Notes: generated by a model from the sequence alone, not told the origin. 64,000 nucleotides of DNA from an uncultured Candidatus Saccharibacteria bacterium (GCA_938030095.1 CALHGK010000010.1:71975-135974), one strand, 5' to 3'; positions 37,567 to 46,985 are shown, numbered from the stretch's first letter. Program-made: numbers and translations.

Positions 37567-40500
37567 CTAGTCTTGTTTTGCATTATCGCTCATAACGCGA
37601 AAGCGCTTAGTCGGGTCTTGACTCCACTCTCTAGCTTTGGATGCACGTCTATAGATCGCCTCATTACTCTGCATTTTTGCGTTGTAGAGTTGAGACCGCA
37701 GTGCTGCGTCAACTGCCAAGCCAGTAGCTTGTCTTGCTCGCATAAGCTGATCTTCGCTGATGCCACTAATACTGTCACTATTAAGAACTTCCATCATATC
37801 CTTGAAGGCTGGCTCGTCCATATCGGCCATCTTGGGTGCGTTGTATTTACCGCCTAGAGCACCTTCCACAACAGCTTGTTCATAATTAAATTCACCTGCG
37901 CGTAACTGGTCTGCAGCTTTCCCAGTCCACCATGGGTTCTTTGATGCGGCGGGTGATCGCAATAAAGCATCAGCCAAAGCAGCTCGATCACCTGATCCAA
38001 GATCATCATTGGCATGCTGTGTCAGAGCTCGCAACTGGCCGGAATTAGCACTTTTAGCTGCCTCTTTAATAATATATCGTCTATCAAAATCAGAAAAGGC
38101 TTTGGGGTCAAGAACATCGCCTTTTACTAGTTTGCCGTCCTTATCTCTTTTATAGCCCTGGATACCCTCTTCCCCCATTGCTAGCTGAAATATATCACTT
38201 TTTGAAAGAGCTTGTTCTTTCCCATCTTTATCTAGATACCGATAGTTTTCAAAGAATGACTCGGAAAGTTTCAGCTCATCCTCGGCCTGTTGGTCAATAA
38301 GACGTGAAGCGGTACTTTGGCCACGACGTACGGATCGGCCGATTGTGCCAGGAATGTTGCGCGCTTTATCGTTAATCCTCTTCATACCCCAACTTTGTGC
38401 TCGTCTAAAGGGGTTCTTACCTGTATAGGTACCAGCTTGTGCCTGAGCTCGTGCTAACTCTTTAGCTCGCTCTCTTTCTTGCATATATTGTCCGTAAGGT
38501 GATCGCTCAAGAGCTCCTTGTGCTTTGTTGCCAACAAAGTTTCCTGCTACTTTACCCATCTTCTCAGTTATATTTGCAAGACCCATCATAGAGGTCATCA
38601 TACTCGTTATACGTGACACTAGTAGAAGTGGTGTAAAGGTAAGAACAGACCCGATAATCTGTAAAACAAAACTTGTCTCACCCTTCATATTATTGATGAC
38701 TGTTGCACCAAGAATACAAGCACCATAGAGACAGCCAATAACAGGATATACTATAAGGAGAGTTTTAAATGTAGCCCACCATTTTTTGAACATACCTTCC
38801 GTGTTTGGTAATAAAAGAGCAACAAATGCAAGTGGTGCTAAGATTACCATAAAAATAATTATGGCTTGTCGAGCACCAAGTAGAAATACAGTTACAGAAA
38901 CAGTTACGACAATGAATATAAGACCAGTAATAACAGCCGATAGAGCAAAGAATCCTACAGTAAGACCAATAGCGGTGGCTGCAAGACCAACTAGCCCATC
39001 ACCTACTGCACTACCTTTTGTTGACCATCCGCCTTCTGGTCCAGCACCACTACCACCGAGTGAGCCAATAAAGTTAAATGAAGAAGACCCAATAATATTA
39101 GAGATATCAATTAAAATCGCACATACATAAAAAGACAAGTTAACCAAAACAATAGTCATAAGAAGTTTGGGTAGTAATTTTTTTATACCATAATTACTAA
39201 TGCCTAAACCGGTTACCTGAGAATAAATAACAACAAGGAATGCAATAATGAATACAATATTTGCAATATCGCGCATTTTTGACCAATAGTAGAAGGTAGA
39301 ACCTTCGTCTCGATTAGTGAGTATTCCAGAATTTATTTCAAGCATATGGGCAAGGATACTCGCAGAGTCTGAAGATATCTTTGCAAGGAAATTAACAACT
39401 GGACAAACAAGCCAACCAATACCATCAACAGCGCACTGGGTACCAGTTTCTTCTCCGTCTGCTGCTTGCTCAGCTCCTTCACCAGCTGCTGCATCGGCAC
39501 CATCTTTCTTCGCCTGGTCCTCTGCATTTTTTGCAGTTTCCTTTGAATTAACTTTGTTGATCGCATCTTTTATCTCTTTTTCTGATAGACTAGGCCACTT
39601 TTTATGCATACAAGAGGCGAGAGTCTCTTTTACAACAGCATCTTTGTCTTTGTTCTTCTCCTTTTGTCCTGTTACAGTGTTGAGTGTGATTTGCTTATAC
39701 CCTGCCTCATAGCATTTTTTGATAGATTTTTCCCATCCATCATCCTGACATTTTGATTGATCTGCTTTGCACGCTTTATCCTTTAGATGGGCTAAAGATG
39801 ATACATACGAATTATAGACAGCATCCTTTGCTGCAGAGTCTTGAGCCGCTTTTATTGCCTTATCTGCTTGACTTGTAACTCTTTTTGATTTGCTTATACA
39901 CCCTTCATTATCCGGTTCATCCACTGTGGTGCCTGAGTTACCATGATCTTTATAGACTGGTAGTTTGTGAGCAGAATATTTTGCGATTACTTTCTCAACA
40001 ACGTCTTTGTTATTACTATTTTTGCTGATTTTATTATATGATATGTAACCATTCTTGGCTGCATCCGCGAGTTTCACCTCACCTTCACTAAATTTTGATC
40101 GAGGAGCTTCAGACGAAAGCGAACAGTATGTCTTAAAGTCTTTATAATAGTATGTATATAGCTCCCCCGGCGATAAATATTTATCCTCTTTGTCGGTTGT
40201 AACACCAATTTTTGCTCGAATAGCCTTATTGACTGGTCCTTGGCGACCATTTGGGCCTGCTACCCAGGTGCCCTCACTGTTGTTGCTATAACCTGCTGCT
40301 TTCAAAAACTCTTCAGCACTACTGAAGCCCCATTTTGGTATTGCCTCAGTGTAGAGCTGACTACAGGTCTTTACAGCACCAAATAGAGTTTTCTTTTTAG
40401 TATTGAATCCTTTTCCTTTGAGCTGGCTGCCCGTGACATCATTACCGCTTATCTCATCAATACCCTCAAAACAGCCCTCATGAATATTATTGGTGTCTTG

Positions 40501-40677
40501 AGTATCAGGGCCAGGAATACTGTCCTGCGCTTTGTAATACGCCCACTTGTCTATTTTGTCATCATGGTCATCGGCATATGCCTTTTGATCTATAAACACG
40601 CTAGAACTAAGTACAAGAATAATAGCTAATGGGAAGAGTGAAAAGCGCTTCAGCTTAGATACAAGAGAGTTTGTCAT
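37567..40677 (-). CDS. VirB6/PrgH/TrbL-like polytopic T4SS membrane protein with ~420-aa extracellular N-domain and ~330-aa C-terminal domain
   Basis: 1036 aa; signal peptide (FSLFPLAIILVLSSSVFIDQKAYA), Cys-containing Lys-rich N-domain, 6-8 TM helices at aa ~430-720, then a charged cytoplasmic tail. Confidence 0.5.
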   Translation of the reverse strand: MTNSLVSKLKRFSLFPLAIILVLSSSVFIDQKAYADDHDDKIDKWAYYKAQDSIPGPDTQDTNNIHEGCFEGIDEISGNDVTGSQLKGKGFNTKKKTLFGAVKTCSQLYTEAIPKWGFSSAEEFLKAAGYSNNSEGTWVAGPNGRQGPVNKAIRAKIGVTTDKEDKYLSPGELYTYYYKDFKTYCSLSSEAPRSKFSEGEVKLADAAKNGYISYNKISKNSNNKDVVEKVIAKYSAHKLPVYKDHGNSGTTVDEPDNEGCISKSKRVTSQADKAIKAAQDSAAKDAVYNSYVSSLAHLKDKACKADQSKCQDDGWEKSIKKCYEAGYKQITLNTVTGQKEKNKDKDAVVKETLASCMHKKWPSLSEKEIKDAINKVNSKETAKNAEDQAKKDGADAAAGEGAEQAADGEETGTQCAVDGIGWLVCPVVNFLAKISSDSASILAHMLEINSGILTNRDEGSTFYYWSKMRDIANIVFIIAFLVVIYSQVTGLGISNYGIKKLLPKLLMTIVLVNLSFYVCAILIDISNIIGSSSFNFIGSLGGSGAGPEGGWSTKGSAVGDGLVGLAATAIGLTVGFFALSAVITGLIFIVVTVSVTVFLLGARQAIIIFMVILAPLAFVALLLPNTEGMFKKWWATFKTLLIVYPVIGCLYGACILGATVINNMKGETSFVLQIIGSVLTFTPLLLVSRITSMMTSMMGLANITEKMGKVAGNFVGNKAQGALERSPYGQYMQERERAKELARAQAQAGTYTGKNPFRRAQSWGMKRINDKARNIPGTIGRSVRRGQSTASRLIDQQAEDELKLSESFFENYRYLDKDGKEQALSKSDIFQLAMGEEGIQGYKRDKDGKLVKGDVLDPKAFSDFDRRYIIKEAAKSANSGQLRALTQHANDDLGSGDRAALADALLRSPAASKNPWWTGKAADQLRAGEFNYEQAVVEGALGGKYNAPKMADMDEPAFKDMMEVLNSDSISGISEDQLMRARQATGLAVDAALRSQLYNAKMQSNEAIYRRASKAREWSQDPTKRFRVMSDNAKQD

Positions 40678-40771
40678 ACACTACATATAATACACAAAAA
40701 TAAGTAAGAAAACCAGCCAAATACCATAAGTAATGTATGGTATTTGGCTGGCTTGGATGAAAGCTAGATTT

Positions 40772-41917
40772 TTAGCCTTCTTTGATATCGTTGAGAGGCG
40801 CGGTAACCCTTGGTTTGATTGCGCGAGCTTTATAGTCGTTTTCGTTTGTTGGATAAAAATAAGATACACGGGGGAACGAATGTACTGTGTAGTGGTTTGT
40901 GTTTCGATCTTTTTCGGTTATCTGCCTTTGGGTCTCAAGAGCGACGCGGTATGATTCTCCATTTTCGTATTCTCCATTTTCGTCTCCTATCTCTTGCACC
41001 TCACAGTATGCTGCCGAATATACCTGGGGTTGATTGGTTTCTTTGCCGTCGTTGATCGGGAATGGGTCTTCGTATTCTGCCATGATCGCACATTTCGTAA
41101 CGCGGAGAGCAATGCGGTCTTCTTTTTCTGGTTTTTTGCCTTTCGTATGAGCTTCATAAGCAGCTTCGACAAGGCGGCCATAATAACCGTGGGGTTTTGA
41201 TTGATTTTTATCGCCGCCATCTTTACTCTCATCATTGGAATCTCTGACGATATTAGAATGTGGGACGTCTATATAGTCTGCCAAACATCGCAGCACTGGC
41301 CATACTTCAACTTCTCTACCCTCTGCATTTGTGAATAAAGCTTTTGATTGGGCGTCATCACAGAGATCACGGAGAAGTCGATCGACATTATCAAACCATG
41401 TAATTGCTAGCTCTTTTGCTTGATTAGCACCTGATTCGGTAAGAATTTTCATAATATTGGGATCATCAAAGTTATTGCCAAAGAAGGTTTTACACGCAAG
41501 TCCTTTGTCATAATCACCCATTGTTTTCCACTTTTCAGAGTCAAACTCACTGAGATTCGCAAAGTTATACGACCGGCGAGGTTCGGGCCGCTCACTGCTT
41601 GGTGCGCCAGGCTCTACTGGTTCTTGGGTAGGTGACGGAGTTTCTGTCGCTGTGGCAGACGGGGTTGTTTCTGAGCTCGAGCTTGGAGATTCTGATGGTG
41701 ATGGTGTCTCTGAAGAGGCTGAGCTAGATCGGCCACGACCTAAAAGAGCTGCTGATAGACTTGCTCCAAAAGCCAAGGCTGCACCACCGAGACCTAAACC
41801 GATAAGGAAGCCTCGTCGACCGGTTTCTTTTCGTTCACGTGTGGCTGCATTATCTGGTTTTTCAGATCCGCTAACGCTTGCCGGATAACTATTGCGTATT
41901 TCTGTCATAAGCTTCAA
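40772..41917 (-). CDS. secreted protein with twin-arginine (Tat)-type signal, Ser/Thr/Pro-rich linker and uncharacterised C-terminal domain; first gene of T4SS operon
   Basis: 381 aa; TGRRGFLIGLGLGGAALAFGASLSAA (S/T-RR-x-FL motif + h-region + AxA); STP-rich linker; C-terminal ~260 aa unknown. Confidence 0.4.
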   Translation of the reverse strand: MKLMTEIRNSYPASVSGSEKPDNAATRERKETGRRGFLIGLGLGGAALAFGASLSAALLGRGRSSSASSETPSPSESPSSSSETTPSATATETPSPTQEPVEPGAPSSERPEPRRSYNFANLSEFDSEKWKTMGDYDKGLACKTFFGNNFDDPNIMKILTESGANQAKELAITWFDNVDRLLRDLCDDAQSKALFTNAEGREVEVWPVLRCLADYIDVPHSNIVRDSNDESKDGGDKNQSKPHGYYGRLVEAAYEAHTKGKKPEKEDRIALRVTKCAIMAEYEDPFPINDGKETNQPQVYSAAYCEVQEIGDENGEYENGESYRVALETQRQITEKDRNTNHYTVHSFPRVSYFYPTNENDYKARAIKPRVTAPLNDIKEG

Positions 41918-42344
41918 TCCTCCCCAATACAGGATTAGTGGTTATGTGTGCTTATTATATGCGCACTTGCGTTTCATGCTACCATTGTTTGCGCGGCAGG
42001 TCAAATATTTTTTGGCCTCTGTTGAGAAAAATGAAAGGCGCATGCACACAGAGGTTAGTATAGAAATATATTCGAACGATATTTTTTGGCAAAAATGGGA
42101 GATATTTTATACATACCGCATGATAAAGAAAATATGGTGGTTTGCAACCACCTAATCGTACAAGAATAATTATTGATCCTTCCCTATACATTTAATATTT
42201 AAAATAATTAACGATACAGACTGACAAATATAACACCAATACACACTCTCATAGGTAAAATACTTGCATGAGCAAGTTGCAATATATCCGAGCAACTCAT
42301 ACATATTGCCACCCCACCCCACATCCGCTATAATACAGAGGTAC

Positions 42345-42434
42345 GGAGAGGTGCAAGAGTGGTTGAATTGGCACGCCTGGAACGCGTGTGTGGCGGCAAC
42401 GTCACCCAGGGTTCGAATCCCTGTCTCTCCGCCA
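42345..42434 (+). tRNA. tRNA-Ser (anticodon GGA), type II with long variable arm
   Basis: GGAGAGG acceptor, D-arm CAA-GAGTGGTTGAA-TTG, anticodon stem-loop CACGC-CTGGAAC-GCGTG, T-arm CAGGG-TTCGAAT-CCCTG, encoded CCA; TATAAT at 42329-42334. Confidence 0.85.
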
Positions 42435-42573
42435 TATCAGCGCCAGGCGGCACGCTGCCATAGAAGTGCGCTGCTGATTCGTCTTTTGGCATGATGCGTG
42501 GCCATAGATATGCACTTTTGGGCAGATTGGGCTTGCAGAAATGTTTTTTGACAGTTTATACTAAGGGATAATT

Positions 42574-43830
42574 ATGGTACGATCTTCTACACCAGTTATA
42601 GAACTCCGAGGCCTCACCAAGCAGTATGGTCTGGGCGATGCTGCCCAAAACGCCTTGGACAACGTCGACCTGCGAGTCGAAAAAGGCGAATTTATTGTCA
42701 TTATGGGCCCTAGTGGCTGTGGCAAGACGACATTGCTCAATATCATGGGCTTGCTCGACCGCGCCGACAGCGGCGAGTATTTTCTTGATGGGACATCGGT
42801 GGCCACGCTGAGTAAGCGCCAGCACGCTCGGATTCGCTCGCGGCAGATTGGCATCGTCTTCCAGAGTTTTAACCTGATTAATCGCCTAACGGTGCTCGAG
42901 AACGTTGCCCTTCCCCTGAGTTATCGTGGGGGGATGCGCCGCGTCAAGCGCCTGGAGCAAGCCAGTGCGGTGCTGAAGAATTTCCACCTCCAAGAGCGCG
43001 AATATTACATGCCGTGGCAGCTCAGTGGTGGGCAGGTGCAGCGCGTGGCGATTGCTCGCGCATTGGTGAATCACCCATCGATTATCCTGGCGGATGAGCC
43101 AACTGGTAACCTCGATAGCCGCTCGAGCCATATCATTATGGAAGAACTGGCTCAGCTGCACCGCCGGGGCAATACTATCATTATGGTGACGCACAACCCG
43201 AACCTCACGAGCTACGCCAGTCGTGTGATTAAGATGCTTGATGGGCAGATTGCCAGTGATGAGCAGATGCGCACTACTGCCGCCACACCAACGCCAGTGG
43301 CCCGTAAGCCACGGGTGCGCCGGGCGGCGCCTGCTAGCAAGACTGCACCGACGATTGCGCAGAGCACGGCATCGGCTGCCCAACCAGCTGCGCCAGTCAA
43401 GGCAATTGCCCGCGGTCGTCCCGCCAAGACCTCTGCACCAGCAACGACAGCACCAACAGTAGTCGACTACGAAGATCCACATACCCAAGACGGCCCGACC
43501 ATTGAGCCTATGCCAGTTGCTCCACCAGAGGTACCGCCAGCCTTGCCGGCCGCGCCGCAGGCTCCGTCGGCAGCTCAGCCTACTCTGGCACACTCTGCTG
43601 CGCCGGCTCATACAAACTCAGTTACCCCGGCTCAGTCTACACCAGCTTTGCCAGCGCAACCTACTCCAACTCAATCCCAACCAGCTGCACCAGTAACTCA
43701 TACTACAGTCCAGCCATCATCCACACCGTCTGCTGCATCGGCCGCTCAGCCAGCTGTGGCTGCACCAGCTCAGCAGCCCACTCCACCATCGTCTGCTCAC
43801 CAATCTAGCACAAAGGAGCCCCAGGCATGA
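42574..43830 (+). CDS. ABC transporter ATP-binding protein (MacB/LolD/FtsE family) with ~200-aa Pro/Ala/Thr/Gln-rich C-terminal tail
   Basis: 418 aa; Walker A GPSGCGKTT, signature LSGGQVQRVAIARAL, Walker B ILADEPTGNLD; residues ~225-418 low complexity. Confidence 0.85.
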   Translation: MVRSSTPVIELRGLTKQYGLGDAAQNALDNVDLRVEKGEFIVIMGPSGCGKTTLLNIMGLLDRADSGEYFLDGTSVATLSKRQHARIRSRQIGIVFQSFNLINRLTVLENVALPLSYRGGMRRVKRLEQASAVLKNFHLQEREYYMPWQLSGGQVQRVAIARALVNHPSIILADEPTGNLDSRSSHIIMEELAQLHRRGNTIIMVTHNPNLTSYASRVIKMLDGQIASDEQMRTTAATPTPVARKPRVRRAAPASKTAPTIAQSTASAAQPAAPVKAIARGRPAKTSAPATTAPTVVDYEDPHTQDGPTIEPMPVAPPEVPPALPAAPQAPSAAQPTLAHSAAPAHTNSVTPAQSTPALPAQPTPTQSQPAAPVTHTTVQPSSTPSAASAAQPAVAAPAQQPTPPSSAHQSSTKEPQA

Positions 43831-45050
43831 TAATCATCGACCATTTCGAAAATGCAAGCAGTAGCTTCCGGCGCAATCGCGGCCGTAATTTGCTAGCGAC
43901 GCTGGGTGTGGCAATTGGTGTGGGTAGTATCGTAGCGATCTTGGCACTGAGCGGTGGCCTGCATAATATCATCTCCCAACAGGTGTCCGACCTCAACAAT
44001 AACCTCATTGTGGTGCGCCCTGGCGTGCAAGACAAGAGCTTCTCGTCGCTAGCGAGCTCGGTGGCACAGTATAATTATAATACCAGCACCATCACCGAGT
44101 CCGACGTCGAAGCGGTGCGCAAGATGCCACATATCCGCGCTGTAGCACCAATGATGACCTCTGAGAACAAGCTCAAGAGCAACGACCGAGAAGCCACCAC
44201 TACTGTTGTGGCAACTTCGCCAGACCTTGCTATCACGAGTCAGCTCGAGCTGCGTGAGGGCGACTTTCTCGAGGGTGGCACACACGACGCTAAGCCAGCG
44301 GTGCTCGGCCCAAAGCTATCGGTGCAGCTGTTTGGCACCGAGCAGTCGATTGGCCAGACCTTTAAGATCCGCGGCAAGGAATTTATCGTGGTGGGGGTGA
44401 TGCGTGCTACAGAAAATCCGCTGAATTATAACAACGTTGATTTCGACAACGCAGCTATCATCACCACCGAGGCAGGTAAGAAAATCCACAGTGGTCATAC
44501 GCAGATCCAGCAGATCAACATCCAGGCCGATGCATCGCAGCAGGTCGGGCAGATTGCTCAGCAAGTTAAGGACAAGATTAAGCAAAATCACCAAGGGGAA
44601 GAAGACTTTACCGTGGCTACAGGCGATGCAATTAGCCAGCCGACCAACCGGCTTTTCACCGCGCTGACCCAGGTGTTGACGCTGATTGCAGCAATCTCGC
44701 TGGTAGTTGGCGGCATCGGCATCATGAACATCATGCTGGTGAGTGTGGTAGAGCGCACGCGCGAGGTGGGCATCCGCAAAGCAGTTGGTGCGACCGATGG
44801 CAACATCATCACGCAGTTTGTTATCGAGGCGCTGGCGATTAGCTTGCTCGGTGGTATCCTGGGCTACATCCTGGGCTACATAGTGGCGCTGAGCTTTAGC
44901 CTGTGGCTGTCCTTTGCACCATCGCTAGAGTGGCAGACGGCGGTGATGGCAATTGGCCTGGCACTAGCGGTTGGCCTCACCTTCGGCCTCTACCCAGCGA
45001 TTCGCGCCGCGCGCAAGAATACGATTGAGTCGCTACGGCAGTACCACTAA
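43827..45050 (+). CDS. ABC transporter permease, MacB/FtsX-type (large extracytoplasmic loop between TM1 and TM2)
   Basis: 407 aa; ATGA overlap with ATPase; 4 TM with ~220-aa loop; conserved FtsX-domain region VERTREVGIRKAVGAT. Confidence 0.8.
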   Translation: MIIIDHFENASSSFRRNRGRNLLATLGVAIGVGSIVAILALSGGLHNIISQQVSDLNNNLIVVRPGVQDKSFSSLASSVAQYNYNTSTITESDVEAVRKMPHIRAVAPMMTSENKLKSNDREATTTVVATSPDLAITSQLELREGDFLEGGTHDAKPAVLGPKLSVQLFGTEQSIGQTFKIRGKEFIVVGVMRATENPLNYNNVDFDNAAIITTEAGKKIHSGHTQIQQINIQADASQQVGQIAQQVKDKIKQNHQGEEDFTVATGDAISQPTNRLFTALTQVLTLIAAISLVVGGIGIMNIMLVSVVERTREVGIRKAVGATDGNIITQFVIEALAISLLGGILGYILGYIVALSFSLWLSFAPSLEWQTAVMAIGLALAVGLTFGLYPAIRAARKNTIESLRQYH

Positions 45051-45071
45051 ACAAGGTTATTTTGGCACAGA

Positions 45072-45098
45072 ACCCGCCCGCATGTGGCGGGTTTTTTG
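45072..45098 (+). terminator. rho-independent terminator after ABC permease
   Basis: cccgcc-cgcatgt-ggcggg followed by tttttt. Confidence 0.7.
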
Positions 45099-45364
45099 TG
45101 GGTTTACGGTATTTCTGGCTCGCCCTACCCTGTCCATTTACAGAGTGCAATGATAGAATTTTTGCGCGTATTACTCTAGATTAATCGTCATATGTAATGT
45201 TTGAGATGATGAGTGATTTCGTAGGTGAATTTATTGTAGCAGATCGTTGTTTATGTAACATTTTGCGACAGCGAGCCATCGTACAAGATCATGACAAGGG
45301 CTTAAGAATTAGAATAGAAAAACACTACGATTCTCAGAAACCAAAACACAGTAGGTTAGAGTTT

Positions 45365-46378
45365 CTAAGATTTGCCGCCCCTCTCCTGCCTCACGCCATT
45401 CAACACGCCAAGGTAGCTGCTGGCGAATTCCGCTAGCAGCATACCGTGCAGTGCTTGCTCTACCTGTGTCTCGCCGGCAAGCAAAACCGACTTCGCATGA
45501 GGGCGGCGGCCACTGAGACGGCGGTCAAGTGCTGCTAAGCGCTGCTGGGTAGCGGTGTCATTCTCTCCCACCAGGTCGAAAAGTGCGAACGGCTTATCTA
45601 CCGGGTGGCTTAGCCAGCCATGAGCACCGGCCTGCTCAGCCTCGGCAAGGGTGGTGGCGAATGCCACGTTGTGCGCCCGCTCCTGCCAACACCACTGCCA
45701 CCACTGGGCGACTGGCGCGAGCACCCCACTGCTGCAAAACACCGCCGTCTTGCCCGCTGCCTGGCGTGCAAGCCGTTTGGCGAGATTGTGAGCGGTTGGC
45801 ACGGCAGCGCCCCACTGCTGCGCTGCATTCGCTGCGCCATCTGCTATCGCTTCCACAAGATCATCATCCAGCAACTGATAGGCCGTCAGTAGCGCACTCA
45901 GTGTGCTGAGTATGCGTAGTGGTTCCACCTGCCCTTCTCTCTTCGCAACCGGCACGACGGTAGCTGCAGGATATACTGTGGCGTACTCAGCCGCGGCAGC
46001 ATCATGAGTGAGTAGAATAGCTAAAGCGGCATGCTGCTGTGTATAGCGCAGTATATTCTTCACCTGGTCAGGCAAGATGCCAGCCTCGATAATAATCACC
46101 AAGCTGTGCGCGTCCACAAATGCGGGCACTGCCGCTGCCTCGCGGCACAACAGAGGCACAGCCAAGTGAGGCTGGACGAGCTGCTGAGCAACGCGAGCCA
46201 GCACTGCACTACCATCCGTTGCTATAATAACAACATTATGAATATCATGCTGGGGTGATGTGTGTGAGAGCTGATTTGCTACCTCTGTTGGCAGCGTCGT
46301 TTGTTTCCATAATGTTGCAATGTGGCGCAGCGCGGCTTCGGCACCGCGTTGGCGCAATGTGGTCTGATCATCAAGCAT
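45365..46378 (-). CDS. hypothetical protein, possibly SIS-type sugar-phosphate isomerase (phosphoglucose/phosphomannose isomerase-like)
   Basis: ORF to 46423; preferred start MLDDQTT at 46378; Ala/Leu-rich two-domain alpha/beta pattern; assignment weak. Confidence 0.3.
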   Translation of the reverse strand: MLDDQTTLRQRGAEAALRHIATLWKQTTLPTEVANQLSHTSPQHDIHNVVIIATDGSAVLARVAQQLVQPHLAVPLLCREAAAVPAFVDAHSLVIIIEAGILPDQVKNILRYTQQHAALAILLTHDAAAAEYATVYPAATVVPVAKREGQVEPLRILSTLSALLTAYQLLDDDLVEAIADGAANAAQQWGAAVPTAHNLAKRLARQAAGKTAVFCSSGVLAPVAQWWQWCWQERAHNVAFATTLAEAEQAGAHGWLSHPVDKPFALFDLVGENDTATQQRLAALDRRLSGRRPHAKSVLLAGETQVEQALHGMLLAEFASSYLGVLNGVRQERGGKS

Positions 46379-46468
46379 AATCGTCTCCTTCTGCTTGCAA
46401 GAGTATACCCTCCCATGATACATTAATTAGCAGAGAATCATAAGCATATTTGGAGACAGGTGGGAACC

Positions 46469-46933
46469 ATGAATATCAGCACTACATCACAATCAATTAC
46501 CGACGATCAAGAGCTTGCCAAGGTGCTAGCTGGGATCGGCCCACAGGTGGGCACAGCAGCGTCGCAGCGGTCGCAGGCGATGATGTCGGGGCAAGGTGCT
46601 GGCCGTTCATCGCTCTCGGGTATGTCGGGTAATATGGGCTCGTCTGTGCCAGTCATGTCCTCGCAGCAGCAGTCGTCTCAGCCTGCGCCCAGTGGTGAGG
46701 CGCTCAATGGCGTGAAGCAATCGGCCATCAAAGAGCTGCGCCCACTGGTGGATAAGCTCAACGTTAGCCCAGATGAGAAATTCGATACCTATCTGCTTTT
46801 GATCCGCTCGACGGACGACAAGAGTTTGATCGACCCAGCGTACCAAATTGCCAAATCCATCCGCGACGAAACCCGCCGCGCTCAAGCGCTACTCGACATC
46901 ATCAAGGAGATTGATTATTTGTCGCAGCGGTAA
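46469..46933 (+). CDS. hypothetical protein (Ser/Gln/Met-rich N-half, helical C-half)
   Basis: ORF from GTG 46460; ATG 46469 MNISTTSQSITDD...; no recognisable domain. Confidence 0.4.
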   Translation: MNISTTSQSITDDQELAKVLAGIGPQVGTAASQRSQAMMSGQGAGRSSLSGMSGNMGSSVPVMSSQQQSSQPAPSGEALNGVKQSAIKELRPLVDKLNVSPDEKFDTYLLLIRSTDDKSLIDPAYQIAKSIRDETRRAQALLDIIKEIDYLSQR

Positions 46934-46985
46934 CGACTTATAGAGTAAGAATAGGCATTATCACCACTGATGTGGTGATTTTGTT

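Noticed and set aside
42886-43611. 241-aa minus-strand ORF (Arg/Trp/Cys-rich)
   Set aside because: It is antisense to the ABC ATPase and its GC-rich low-complexity tail, and has no start context.
45130-45436. 79-aa plus-strand ORF (45197-45436) in an AT-rich spacer
   Set aside because: It overlaps the 3' end of the minus-strand isomerase-like gene and has no RBS or recognisable features. It is more likely non-coding terminator or promoter space.
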